Virus record (IMG/VR): IMGVR_UViG_3300028498_000018
Length of the DNA: 64,000 bases
Source of the DNA: an uncultured virus (IMG/VR IMGVR_UViG_3300028498_000018)
Lineage: Duplodnaviria; Heunggongvirae; Uroviricota; Caudoviricetes
Strand: one strand, 5' to 3'
Shown here: piece by piece, positions 9,874 through 18,297 of the stretch
Layout: each line of letters starts with the position of its first letter
How positions within the stretch are numbered: the stretch's first letter is position 1
Notes under the pieces: model-generated
The model's database searches: none
Told to the model about the DNA's origin: nothing
What the model saw: only the letters and a program-made list of their open reading frames with translations
Translations under genes and position numbers: made by a program

Positions 9874-11843
9874 ATATACCATTTACCCCCTCCGTGCGCG
9901 CACAAGTCGTGACACGAAGGACTTACAACCGCCCACTTAACGAGGACGGCACGGAGTTTGAGACGTGGGAGCAAACGATCAACCGTGTGGTCATGCACCA
10001 AGAATGGCTGTGGACCCGCCAGATGAATGCGGCGCTCACTGTCGAACAGAGCAAAGAGCTTGTCGAGCTGCGTGACCTGATGCTGGACCGCAAGGCGTTG
10101 TTGTCTGGCCGCACCTTGTGGCTTGGCGGTACTGATGTCGCCCGCGAACGAGAGGCGTCGAACTTCAACTGCGCGTTCACCCACGTCGAAACTGTCTACG
10201 ATATTGTGGACTCGATCTGGCTGCTGCTGCAAGGCTGCGGCGTAGGGTTCCGCCCTATCGTTGGGTCACTGACCGGGTTCGCCAATTTCGTCGAAGAGGT
10301 TGAGATCGTCCGCAGTGTTGCGAAGGGCAAGACAGGCAAGGACGCCAACGTCGAGACCTGGGACTCAGCGACCCGTCATTGGACCATCGCTGTGGGCGAC
10401 AGTGCGGAGGCGTGGGCCAAGTTCTTTGGCAAGCTGATGGCGGGCAAATACCCGGCCTTGAAGATCACCTTAGACTTCGGCGCAATCCGTCCGGCAGGCA
10501 AGCGTCTTCGTGGATATGGATGGCTGTCGTCTGGTGACGTGGCAATCGCCAGAGCATCCGAGGCTATCTGTGACATCATGAACTCTCGCGCCGGCTCGTT
10601 GCTGACCCGCATCGACATCTTGGACATCGTGAACTGGCTGGGTACGATCCTATCCTCACGTCGATCTGCTGAGATTGCGATCCTGTCATATGGCGAAGCA
10701 GAGTGGGAAGAGTTTGCCAGCGCCAAGAAGGAGTTCTGGGTTGCCAACATTCAACGTGCCCAGTCAAACAACAGTCTCCTCTTTGACAACAAGCCAAGCC
10801 GTGACGAGCTGGCTGAAGTGTTTAACCACATGATTGCGGCGGGCGGATCAGAGCCAGGCTTCCTCAATATGGAGCAGGCTGTCGCTCGCGCACCGTGGGC
10901 CAAGGGGTTCAACCCGTGTGCTGAGATTCTGCTGGGTAACAAAGGGTTCTGCAACCTGGTGACGGTTAACGTCGCCCGCTTCGCCAAAGACAACTCGGGG
11001 CTGCATCGTGCGATGCGTATCATGGCCCGGGCAAACTACCGTCAGACCTGTGTTGACCTGAACGACGGCATCCTGCAGGAGGCGTGGGACCTGAACAACC
11101 GATACCTGCACCTGTGTGGCGTCAGCATGACGGGCTTGGCTCAGCGTCCCGACCTGTCCCCTTACGACCTGCGTGCCCTGCGGCGCACGGCTACGGCTGG
11201 TGCGTACTCGATGGCTGAGGAGCTGGGCACCCCCGTGCCGAAGAACGTGACCACTATCAAGCCTGAAGGCACCGCATCGAAGATCATGGACTGCACCGAG
11301 GGTATGCACAAACCATTGGGCCGATACATCATCAACAACATCAACATCGGCAAGCACGACCCGCTCGTCAGCATCACCCGTGCGGCAGGCTACAAGATCA
11401 TCGAGAACCCCGCTGACCCTGAGAACGTGCTGGTCTCGTTCCCAGTCAAGTACGACGGCGTGCGCTTCGATGAAGTCAACGGTGTTGAGGTCTGCATCGA
11501 GACAGCGGTCGAGCAGCTCGACCGGTACAAGACACTGATGGACAACTGGTGTGACCAGAACGTGTCCGCCACCATCAGCTACAGCGCCGAAGAGAAAGAT
11601 CAGATCGTCGACTGGCTGATGAACAACTGGGACTCCTATGTGGGCGTGAGCTTCCTGTTCCGCAACGATCCGACCAAGACCGCCAAGGACCTGGGCTATC
11701 TGTACCTGCCGCAGGAGGTCGTGACCAAAGAGGTGTACGACACCTACATGAAAGTGTTGCAACCGATTGATCTCGAAGCCACGAACAGCCATGCAACGGT
11801 AGACGTTGAGAACTGTGTTGGTGGCGTGTGTCCCGTACGATAA
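9870..11843 (+). CDS. nrdJ: class II (adenosylcobalamin-dependent) monomeric ribonucleotide reductase
   Basis: RRTYNRP, GRTLWLGG, FNCAF, RRSAEI, NPCAEILL...FCNL, TTIKPEGT, terminal CVGGVCPVR; no beta subunit gene. Confidence 0.93.
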   Translation: MNIPFTPSVRAQVVTRRTYNRPLNEDGTEFETWEQTINRVVMHQEWLWTRQMNAALTVEQSKELVELRDLMLDRKALLSGRTLWLGGTDVAREREASNFNCAFTHVETVYDIVDSIWLLLQGCGVGFRPIVGSLTGFANFVEEVEIVRSVAKGKTGKDANVETWDSATRHWTIAVGDSAEAWAKFFGKLMAGKYPALKITLDFGAIRPAGKRLRGYGWLSSGDVAIARASEAICDIMNSRAGSLLTRIDILDIVNWLGTILSSRRSAEIAILSYGEAEWEEFASAKKEFWVANIQRAQSNNSLLFDNKPSRDELAEVFNHMIAAGGSEPGFLNMEQAVARAPWAKGFNPCAEILLGNKGFCNLVTVNVARFAKDNSGLHRAMRIMARANYRQTCVDLNDGILQEAWDLNNRYLHLCGVSMTGLAQRPDLSPYDLRALRRTATAGAYSMAEELGTPVPKNVTTIKPEGTASKIMDCTEGMHKPLGRYIINNINIGKHDPLVSITRAAGYKIIENPADPENVLVSFPVKYDGVRFDEVNGVEVCIETAVEQLDRYKTLMDNWCDQNVSATISYSAEEKDQIVDWLMNNWDSYVGVSFLFRNDPTKTAKDLGYLYLPQEVVTKEVYDTYMKVLQPIDLEATNSHATVDVENCVGGVCPVR

Positions 11844-11856
11844 CCAAAGGCCAGTT

Positions 11857-12531
11857 ATGAAAATCAAATACGACCCGTTGCAAGACGGGATCAGCAACGT
11901 AGAGTACGTCGACCACATGGGGAGTGATCTCTCTGTGGTGAATGCTGCACGAGTCAGCTTCGACAAACACAGCGACGAGCTGGTGGATGCTGACGCAAAG
12001 CTCATCCGCTACCTAGCCAAGCACGGGCACTGGACCCCGTTCGGCCACGCACATGTGAGCCTGCGCGTTAAGGCCCCGATCTTCGTCGCCCGGCAACTGG
12101 TGAAGCACCAGGTCGGCTTGGTGTGGAACGAAGTGTCCCGCCGGTACGTGAGCACCCCGCCTGAGCTCTATTGGCCGACCAAGCTCAACAGCGCGGCAGT
12201 GAACGTGAAGCAGGGCAGCACAGGTGAGGCCCACCCGGCGTCAGAGTCTGCCATCCGTGCTGCATCAACCGCAGTGGATGAGTTATCTCGGCTCTACACG
12301 GGTATGATCGCGCAAGGGATCGCACCCGAAGATGCGCGCATGTTCCTGCCAGTCAGCATGTATACCGAGTGGGTGTGGTCAGGGTCTCTGATGGCCTGGG
12401 CCAGGGTGTGTAACCTGCGCCTTGACTCGCACTCCCAGGAGCACACGCAGGCATTCGCCGCGGGCATCGCCGCCGTTGTGGCCCCCCTGTTCCCAGTATC
12501 GTTCAATGCTTTGGTGACGCCCCGTGAGTAA
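11857..12531 (+). CDS. thyX: flavin-dependent thymidylate synthase
   Basis: DLSVVNAARVSF, HWTPF, PIFVARQLVKHQVGLVWNEVSRRY, APEDARMFLP. Confidence 0.93.
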   Translation: MKIKYDPLQDGISNVEYVDHMGSDLSVVNAARVSFDKHSDELVDADAKLIRYLAKHGHWTPFGHAHVSLRVKAPIFVARQLVKHQVGLVWNEVSRRYVSTPPELYWPTKLNSAAVNVKQGSTGEAHPASESAIRAASTAVDELSRLYTGMIAQGIAPEDARMFLPVSMYTEWVWSGSLMAWARVCNLRLDSHSQEHTQAFAAGIAAVVAPLFPVSFNALVTPRE

Positions 12532-12943
12532 GTTCTCACATCCAGGGGACATCCCTGTGACCCACATAAAGGGTGAAGACACCTTCGTCCTACGAGACGA
12601 CTCACGCACAACAGTGAGCCCCGGCGGGGGCTTGAAGGAGTCGATAGGTAAACCCCCCGTGGGGCTGGTACCTGCGGAGCTGATCCTCGGAGCGGCACGG
12701 GCGTTCGAGTTCGGCGCGAAGAAATACTCAGCTCACAACTGGCGGCGAGGGATCGCACGGGCCAAGCTGTACGACGCGCTTCAGAGGCACCTGCTCGACT
12801 ACGTCGAAGGTCTCGACCACGCAGAGGACTCTGGCCTTCTGCATCTTGACCACGCTGCGGCCTGCTTGGGTATGCTGATGCAGACGTGTAAGGATAAACT
12901 GTCACCTGACGATCGACACCATGTACCAGGAGACACGAGATGA
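12524..12943 (+). CDS. dATP/dGTP diphosphohydrolase domain protein (DUF5664-like)
   Basis: GKPPVGLVP...FGAKKYSAHNWRRG...ALQRHL...DSGLLHLDHAAACL. Confidence 0.85.
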   Translation: MSKFSHPGDIPVTHIKGEDTFVLRDDSRTTVSPGGGLKESIGKPPVGLVPAELILGAARAFEFGAKKYSAHNWRRGIARAKLYDALQRHLLDYVEGLDHAEDSGLLHLDHAAACLGMLMQTCKDKLSPDDRHHVPGDTR

Positions 12944-13677
12944 AACTAGGGAAACTACCAGCAGCGCCAAAGTCCACGGACTTCAAGCTCACGCAGTATC
13001 TGACAGCGTTACCCAAGCGCCCAACGTCATTTGGCCACGAGAAGCTTATCAGTGAGTGGGGCATGTTAGGCAACGACCGACACGGGGACTGCGTGTTCGC
13101 AGGCGCAGCACATGAGACGATGCTGTGGAATGCAGCAGCGGGGCGCACCGTACCGTTCACCACCGAGGGCGTGCTGTCTGATTACTCTGCCGTGACGGGG
13201 TTCAACCCGAATGATCCGAACACGGACAACGGCACGATGGTTGCGGATGCGATGTCGTACCGGCGCAAGACCGGGATCGTTGACGCCTTCGGTGTGCGCC
13301 ACAAGATCGGTGCCTACGTGTCAATCCGGCCACGCAACTACGAACAGTTCCTGTCGGCGCTGTGGATGTTCGGGATCGTGGGGGTCGGCATCCGGTTCCC
13401 CTCTTCAGCCATGCAGCAGTTCAGCGAGCAGAAGGTGTGGCGGGCGACGCAGAGCCCGATTGACGGCGGGCACTATGTGCCAGTAGTCGCTAACAGGGCC
13501 GGCCAACCGATGTGCGTTACCTGGGGCCGGCTGCAACGGATGACTCGGCAGTTCTATCTGCGGTACTGTGACGAAGCCTACGTCCTGTTGAGCGAGGGGA
13601 TGCTGACCAACGGCAAGTCCCCGGAGGGGTTCGACATGGAGAAACTGCTGAACGATCTAGGCTCGTTGCAGAAATGA
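12940..13677 (+). CDS. papain-like cysteine peptidase
   Basis: GMLGNDRHGDCVFAG (Cys), GGHYV (His), VTWG. Confidence 0.65.
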   Translation: MKLGKLPAAPKSTDFKLTQYLTALPKRPTSFGHEKLISEWGMLGNDRHGDCVFAGAAHETMLWNAAAGRTVPFTTEGVLSDYSAVTGFNPNDPNTDNGTMVADAMSYRRKTGIVDAFGVRHKIGAYVSIRPRNYEQFLSALWMFGIVGVGIRFPSSAMQQFSEQKVWRATQSPIDGGHYVPVVANRAGQPMCVTWGRLQRMTRQFYLRYCDEAYVLLSEGMLTNGKSPEGFDMEKLLNDLGSLQK

Positions 13678-13704
13678 AAAAGGCCCGGTAAGTCCGGGCC
13701 TTTT
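13677..13704. terminator. bidirectional intrinsic terminator between the convergent arms
   Basis: AAAAA-GGCCCGG-taagt-CCGGGCC-TTTT. Confidence 0.9.
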
Positions 13705-13718
13705 CACGTGTGGCTCAG

Positions 13719-13937
13719 TTACTTCGGGTAGACCGGAGCTACTGGGTCGAGGGCTGGGGCCACCGGGGCGTTCACAGCTTTATCGAGTGCCTTAAACCTG
13801 GACTGAAAAGCTTCGAGGGCCGCTGCCACTTTCGGCGTGGCTTTGACCTTGGCAATTTCAGCGCCCAAAGTGGCGGCAGCTTTAGTTACCCCGTTGTACG
13901 CGGCAGTGATGTTTTTAAGTCGGAGAGGGTCGCTCAT
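13719..13937 (-). CDS. hypothetical protein
   Basis: AAGGA RBS; last gene before the terminator. Confidence 0.65.
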   Translation of the reverse strand: MSDPLRLKNITAAYNGVTKAAATLGAEIAKVKATPKVAAALEAFQSRFKALDKAVNAPVAPALDPVAPVYPK

Positions 13938-13999
13938 CTTGTGGTCCTTTTAGGATTGGTCGAATGTCAAATATGGAGTCTACACGGGTCGTAAATATA

Positions 14000-14107
14000 C
14001 TACAACGTATCAGTAACCCAGAACGCGAACACAACTAGGACGGCGACTGCTGTGATCAAAACGCGGAGGGAAATTTTAACGACCATGTCAAAGGTTTCGT
14101 CACTCAT
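14000..14107 (-). CDS. small single-TM protein (35 aa, not in ORF track)
   Basis: MSDETFDMVVKISLRVLITAVAVLVVFAFWVTDTL*; GGGGGA RBS. Confidence 0.45.
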   Translation of the reverse strand: MSDETFDMVVKISLRVLITAVAVLVVFAFWVTDTL

Positions 14108-14125
14108 TTTTTCCCCCGGTTGTAG

Positions 14126-14251
14126 TCATAGGAGTTTTAGCACTTGAAATATGTGCCACACGAAAGCGACGGCGGTTATAAACAACGTCACAACAGTTAC
14201 GCCCAAACAGGCCGCCGTAGTGTGGCCCATAGCCTTAGTCCAAAAACTCAT
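14126..14251 (-). CDS. small single-TM protein (41 aa, not in ORF track)
   Basis: MSFWTKAMGHTTAACLGVTVVTLFITAVAFVWHIFQVLKLL*; ATGA overlap with endolysin stop. Confidence 0.5.
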   Translation of the reverse strand: MSFWTKAMGHTTAACLGVTVVTLFITAVAFVWHIFQVLKLL

Positions 14252-14697
14252 TTTGTACCCTCCCAAGCGCAGGAATAATGGTTGCCGTCAGGCTTTCTAA
14301 AGTACACCCCGGCAGCAGGCGTGACTCCGAACTCCTTACCAACGATCAGCCACAAGTCTGCGAGAGGTTTGTGGGCCATGCTATCTGTTGCGTATCGCCC
14401 ATCGACAAACAAATTCAAATCAATGGCGAGGCGCTTCGTGTGCAGCGAGTTTGCTATACCGACACCAGCATGAGCGTAGGACAAAGCGACAGATATAGGT
14501 CGGAAGGACTCGCCGAACGTGACCTTATATCGGCCTGCCGGTTCAATCATAGGGATCTGCGTCTGAAAGTAAGCGAGGGCCTGTATGCACCGTTGCTGGT
14601 ATGCGCCCAGCCCGTCTCCCGAGGGGGACTCATCCACAAAAAACCCGACGGACAGAGCTGCTGCAGCAGCAGCGAGTTTGGCCCTTATGTTGTCCAC
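14248..14697 (-). CDS. endolysin, M15-family peptidase
   Basis: GESFR, NSLHTKRLAIDLNLF, DGNHYS; GTG start at 14697 inferred. Confidence 0.85.
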   Translation of the reverse strand: MDNIRAKLAAAAAALSVGFFVDESPSGDGLGAYQQRCIQALAYFQTQIPMIEPAGRYKVTFGESFRPISVALSYAHAGVGIANSLHTKRLAIDLNLFVDGRYATDSMAHKPLADLWLIVGKEFGVTPAAGVYFRKPDGNHYSCAWEGTK

Positions 14698-14699
14698 GG

Positions 14700-15077
14700 C
14701 TATAGTCCAGTCCCGCTGAGAGCACGGGTCGCTACCACCACGCCTATCACCGCGGCGATGGCGCTGGCGATACTGGCCACCCATGTTGCCACCTTCAAGA
14801 ACCCTCTGAATACAACCGTGGCTGTCACTAAGTCCTCGGTGTTGGCCTGTATCTTTTTGGTCAGCATCGTGTTCTCTTTAACAAGAGTGCTGAGACCTTC
14901 GTGGCCTGTCTCTAGTTTAGATACGCGGGAGGCCAGCGCCTCATGCGTTGCCCCCAGCACGTACATGTCGAGCGGTGACGCGGATTGTAAATGAGCGCTG
15001 AGAGGAGACTCACGGCTTGCGCCGCCTAAGTTCTCCTCTACTTTAATACTGTCGGCCCCTTTAGCTGATACGCGCAT
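14700..15077 (-). CDS. holin-like membrane protein (coiled coil + C-terminal TM)
   Basis: GGGGGA RBS before ATG 15077; hydrophobic C-terminus; directly upstream of endolysin. Confidence 0.55.
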   Translation of the reverse strand: MRVSAKGADSIKVEENLGGASRESPLSAHLQSASPLDMYVLGATHEALASRVSKLETGHEGLSTLVKENTMLTKKIQANTEDLVTATVVFRGFLKVATWVASIASAIAAVIGVVVATRALSGTGL

Positions 15078-15099
15078 ATCCCCCCCTATTAAATATGTG

Positions 15100-16254
15100 T
15101 TACTGTTTAAGTGTAGGCGGCGGGGTCGGCGGAGCATTGGTACAGTTGACCGCACCTGATGTGCCCGTTCCGCCGCTGCCGCTTGAACCCGGGGTCCCGC
15201 TTGTGCCTCCTGGACCGCTTGGCGAAATGCCCCCGTTCCCAGTGCTGCCGCCATTCCCAGAGCTGCCAGTGCTGCCGCTTGGTGCGCCGTTGCCACCGCC
15301 GCCCGGACAGTTGTTAGTGTACGTCGTTGGTGCACTGACCGATGCAGTTGATGCCTGCGTGGCGACGGCGTTTTGATTCCCCGTCACAGTGATCGTGGTG
15401 ACGTTGGTGGTGCGCGAACCAAGAGTCGTGGCTGCTGCAAAGCCGGCATTGGCCACATCACGCGTCGCACCGAACCCAATGGCCGCAACGGCTGTGGTCG
15501 CCACCGCTCCTGATGCTGCGATAGCGGTGTTCGCTGTGCTGCCTGCCACTGCAATCGTCGAGTTGCTGGCAAAGCCAGCGCCCGCGGTATCACGCACCGC
15601 ATTGAGCCCCGTCGTGGCGATGTTGCTCGCCGTGGTCAAGCCCGCCGTCGCGATGGCCGTGGCCGCTGTTGAGCCGGATGCAGCGATGCTGCTTGCGGAT
15701 GCGAACCCTGCCCCGGCAACGTTACTGATCGCGGTGTACCCTGCTTGCGCCGTTGCCGCGTTGCTGCTGATCGCGGAGTACCCTGCTGCGCCCATGCCCC
15801 CCGCCACTGCGGCGATGGTATCGACTCGGGCACGCTGGTCACCCATAGCGATGTCTCGGTTGGCTTGCGTCTGCGCAACGCCGAGTTTGTACTGCATCAC
15901 GCCGCCGACTACGTTTGCTGCGACTGGCGCAAGGATGCCGGCAAACTTCAAGAGCTTGTCGTCCCACCCCTCAATGATCGGCATCGGCGGGAGCTGCGTC
16001 TGTCCTGCGCCTGATGCGCGCAGCGCGCTGGCAATACCATCCGATACGGCGAACGCCAGTTGTGCAGAGGGGTCGATCAGCTTTGACCCGTACAGATAGC
16101 GTGCGGCCTCAAGCTGCAGCTTACCTTGGTCAACCTTAGACTGCTCAGCGAGCCGGTTGCTGTACATTTCTTTCTGGATCTCGGCGGTGCTAGCGCACCC
16201 GGAAAGACTCACTGTTGCGCAGACAAAGACGAGGAAAATGGGTTTCATTGGCAA
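15100..16254 (-). CDS. lipoprotein with 11-residue repeats and Gly-rich tail
   Basis: Lipobox LSGC after hydrophobic signal; ten 11-mer repeats; G-x-x tail bracketed by two Cys. Confidence 0.8.
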   Translation of the reverse strand: MPMKPIFLVFVCATVSLSGCASTAEIQKEMYSNRLAEQSKVDQGKLQLEAARYLYGSKLIDPSAQLAFAVSDGIASALRASGAGQTQLPPMPIIEGWDDKLLKFAGILAPVAANVVGGVMQYKLGVAQTQANRDIAMGDQRARVDTIAAVAGGMGAAGYSAISSNAATAQAGYTAISNVAGAGFASASSIAASGSTAATAIATAGLTTASNIATTGLNAVRDTAGAGFASNSTIAVAGSTANTAIAASGAVATTAVAAIGFGATRDVANAGFAAATTLGSRTTNVTTITVTGNQNAVATQASTASVSAPTTYTNNCPGGGGNGAPSGSTGSSGNGGSTGNGGISPSGPGGTSGTPGSSGSGGTGTSGAVNCTNAPPTPPPTLKQ

Positions 16255-16502
16255 GCCTTTAATAGGTTGATTGCTTGGTCAAGCGCGGACGATAGCCGCG
16301 CAATGTCAGTGCCTGAGCGCAGAACACAGTCTGCATCGAGAGGGGCTGAGCCACAAGGGGTCAGCAGTGCAGGCTTCTCTGTCACGGTAGTGATGCAGGC
16401 GATACGCACCGGCACCTCGACGGTCTGGTACCGCACCGTGGCAGGGCAGCCAGCAAGCGGCAGCAACAGAGTGGCGGACAGACATGCCCGCAAGATACTC
16501 AT
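16245..16502 (-). CDS. o-spanin (Rz1-like lipoprotein)
   Basis: Lipobox LAGC, TVEVPVRIAC, terminal LLKACQ; follows i-spanin. Confidence 0.8.
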   Translation of the reverse strand: MSILRACLSATLLLPLAGCPATVRYQTVEVPVRIACITTVTEKPALLTPCGSAPLDADCVLRSGTDIARLSSALDQAINLLKACQ

Positions 16503-16885
16503 CGCAACACCTGCCGGATGGCGTCTTTAGTTCGCTCGCACTCAGTGGCCCCGGTCAATACCACGCGGTCAATGTACTTGATCCGCTCGACCTCGACGAT
16601 CTTGCGCTTGGCATTTACTCCTTGCGCTGCCTCCACTTGCTTCTTCAGCTTAGTGTCGTCCGCCTTGATCTTGACCATGTAACCCTCGATCTGCTTAAAT
16701 GCTTCGGCGTTTTGGTTGAGTTGGTCGGTGGCTTTTTGCAGCACTGGCATTAGCTTCGCCCGTACTTCGGCGCGCCCTGCCTCACGATACGGCTCGGCCA
16801 CATAGTGCCGCCACGCGAATGCTCCTCCCCCCATGAACAAAAGAACGCCAAGCAGCCCGACTGCGTATCGAATCAGCAGACTCAT
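16499..16885 (-). CDS. i-spanin (Rz-like)
   Basis: N-terminal TM, coiled coil, C-terminal Cys; coupled to o-spanin. Confidence 0.75.
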   Translation of the reverse strand: MSLLIRYAVGLLGVLLFMGGGAFAWRHYVAEPYREAGRAEVRAKLMPVLQKATDQLNQNAEAFKQIEGYMVKIKADDTKLKKQVEAAQGVNAKRKIVEVERIKYIDRVVLTGATECERTKDAIRQVLR

Positions 16886-17010
16886 TTTTTAGTGCCCCAT
16901 GATTTTATCCAGTTCGCAAGTGCGGCAGTGGCTGCAAGAACGGGGCCGGGGAAGAGCGCCCCGACCACCACCCCCGTCAGACTGAAGAGCACGATTAGTA
17001 AAAGGGTCAT
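16882..17010 (-). CDS. small membrane protein, holin candidate (42 aa, not in ORF track)
   Basis: MTLLLIVLFSLTGVVVGALFPGPVLAATAALANWIKSWGTKK*; ATGA overlaps at both ends. Confidence 0.55.
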   Translation of the reverse strand: MTLLLIVLFSLTGVVVGALFPGPVLAATAALANWIKSWGTKK

Positions 17011-18272
17011 GGGAAGACTACTTTTATGCAGCGCGGGAAAAGGATTATGTGCTCGTAGTTAGGGAAGTAGTCCCCACCTAAAGTAAATGCAGCAGAGTAC
17101 CCGCTGTCAACAGCGTACGGCCCAATGGTGTACACGTTAGCGCCCGGGGTATTTCCCAAAGCGGTGTTTGAATTTTCATCGAGCACCCCGTACGTTGCAG
17201 GATTGCACTCTGGGGAACTGTTGCCGAATGACGCCCCGCCGTAGCCCATTGCAAAAGGTACCCCAACCGCTCCAACAGGGGCAGTCACCACAATGCTGAA
17301 CCCGGTAGCAGTTTTCGGCACCGCTAGCGATATGGCAGTGTTGCCCAAGATGACTGTTGCAGCGGGGTTAGACAGCGTGATAGCCGTACTTGCTGGGCTA
17401 ACAGCAGTGTCCACCATAGGGTTAACGTTCCAGTTTTCTATGTTATCGACAGCGTGCCCGGTAGGGGTGCTCCACTCAAATGTTCCAGAAGGGGGTATAG
17501 TGAAAATGGGGGTAGCGGCATTTCTTGGGGCACCCGAACACACAATATTAAACGTCTGGCCCGGAGGGCCAATAACAGTTACCTGTATCCGCTGTCTTGA
17601 TGCGTTGTACGACGTGAGATTAGCAGGGGTAAACGCGCTTTCTGCTTTGATGACAGTGATGCGTTGCGTTGAGCTAGCGCCTGCACCCACGATCAGCGGG
17701 TATGTTACGGCGCAGTCTGCGCACCCCCCTTTGGCCCCGATAAACTTCACCGAGTATGTGCCCGCCGTGGTAGGTGAGCCATTGAGCGCTCCTGACGTGG
17801 ACGTAGTAGAAGCTGATAGGCCGGGGACAGACCCACTGACCACCACTGACGTGGTGCCTGAGAATGACTGCTGCAGCGACACGCTGCCTCCGACGGCCAC
17901 CTGCCGAGTCGCTGCTGTGCCCCCGCAAGGGATGAAAGAGTTGGACACGTCCGGGCAGCCCGTGGCGGGGGTTACCCCCGGATCAACAGGGGTGGATGTC
18001 CCCGTACAGTTCCAGTTTACGGCTACGGGCGAGGCCGTGCAGTTTGCCGCGCAGCCTGCCAGCTGAGGAGTAAACCGGTACTGGTGGGTAATCGTGCTGC
18101 TGGCCGACGTGTCTCGGTACGTCCCAGAGGCTGAGCCGGAGGAGTTGGTGGTTACCGAGAACGCCGGCAGGGTCACCCCGTCTCGCGTCACCGTCACCGA
18201 GAACGTGCAGCTGACTATAGGACCCACAGATGTTTGCGGGTTGAAGGACCAATTTATGTTTGCGATAGCCAT
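17007..18272 (-). CDS. beta-rich virion surface protein with putative Ig (He_PIG-like) domain
   Basis: SGSVPGLSAS...GALNGSPTTAGTYSVKF; Ser/Thr-rich; paired Cys. Confidence 0.7.
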   Translation of the reverse strand: MAIANINWSFNPQTSVGPIVSCTFSVTVTRDGVTLPAFSVTTNSSGSASGTYRDTSASSTITHQYRFTPQLAGCAANCTASPVAVNWNCTGTSTPVDPGVTPATGCPDVSNSFIPCGGTAATRQVAVGGSVSLQQSFSGTTSVVVSGSVPGLSASTTSTSGALNGSPTTAGTYSVKFIGAKGGCADCAVTYPLIVGAGASSTQRITVIKAESAFTPANLTSYNASRQRIQVTVIGPPGQTFNIVCSGAPRNAATPIFTIPPSGTFEWSTPTGHAVDNIENWNVNPMVDTAVSPASTAITLSNPAATVILGNTAISLAVPKTATGFSIVVTAPVGAVGVPFAMGYGGASFGNSSPECNPATYGVLDENSNTALGNTPGANVYTIGPYAVDSGYSAAFTLGGDYFPNYEHIILFPRCIKVVFP

Positions 18273-18297
18273 TTTTTATCCTAGTCTATTGGGCGGT

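Noticed and set aside
12524..12943. Firm claim of a 2-aminoadenine (Z) genome
   Set aside because: No purZ or datZ in the window; this domain alone is not diagnostic
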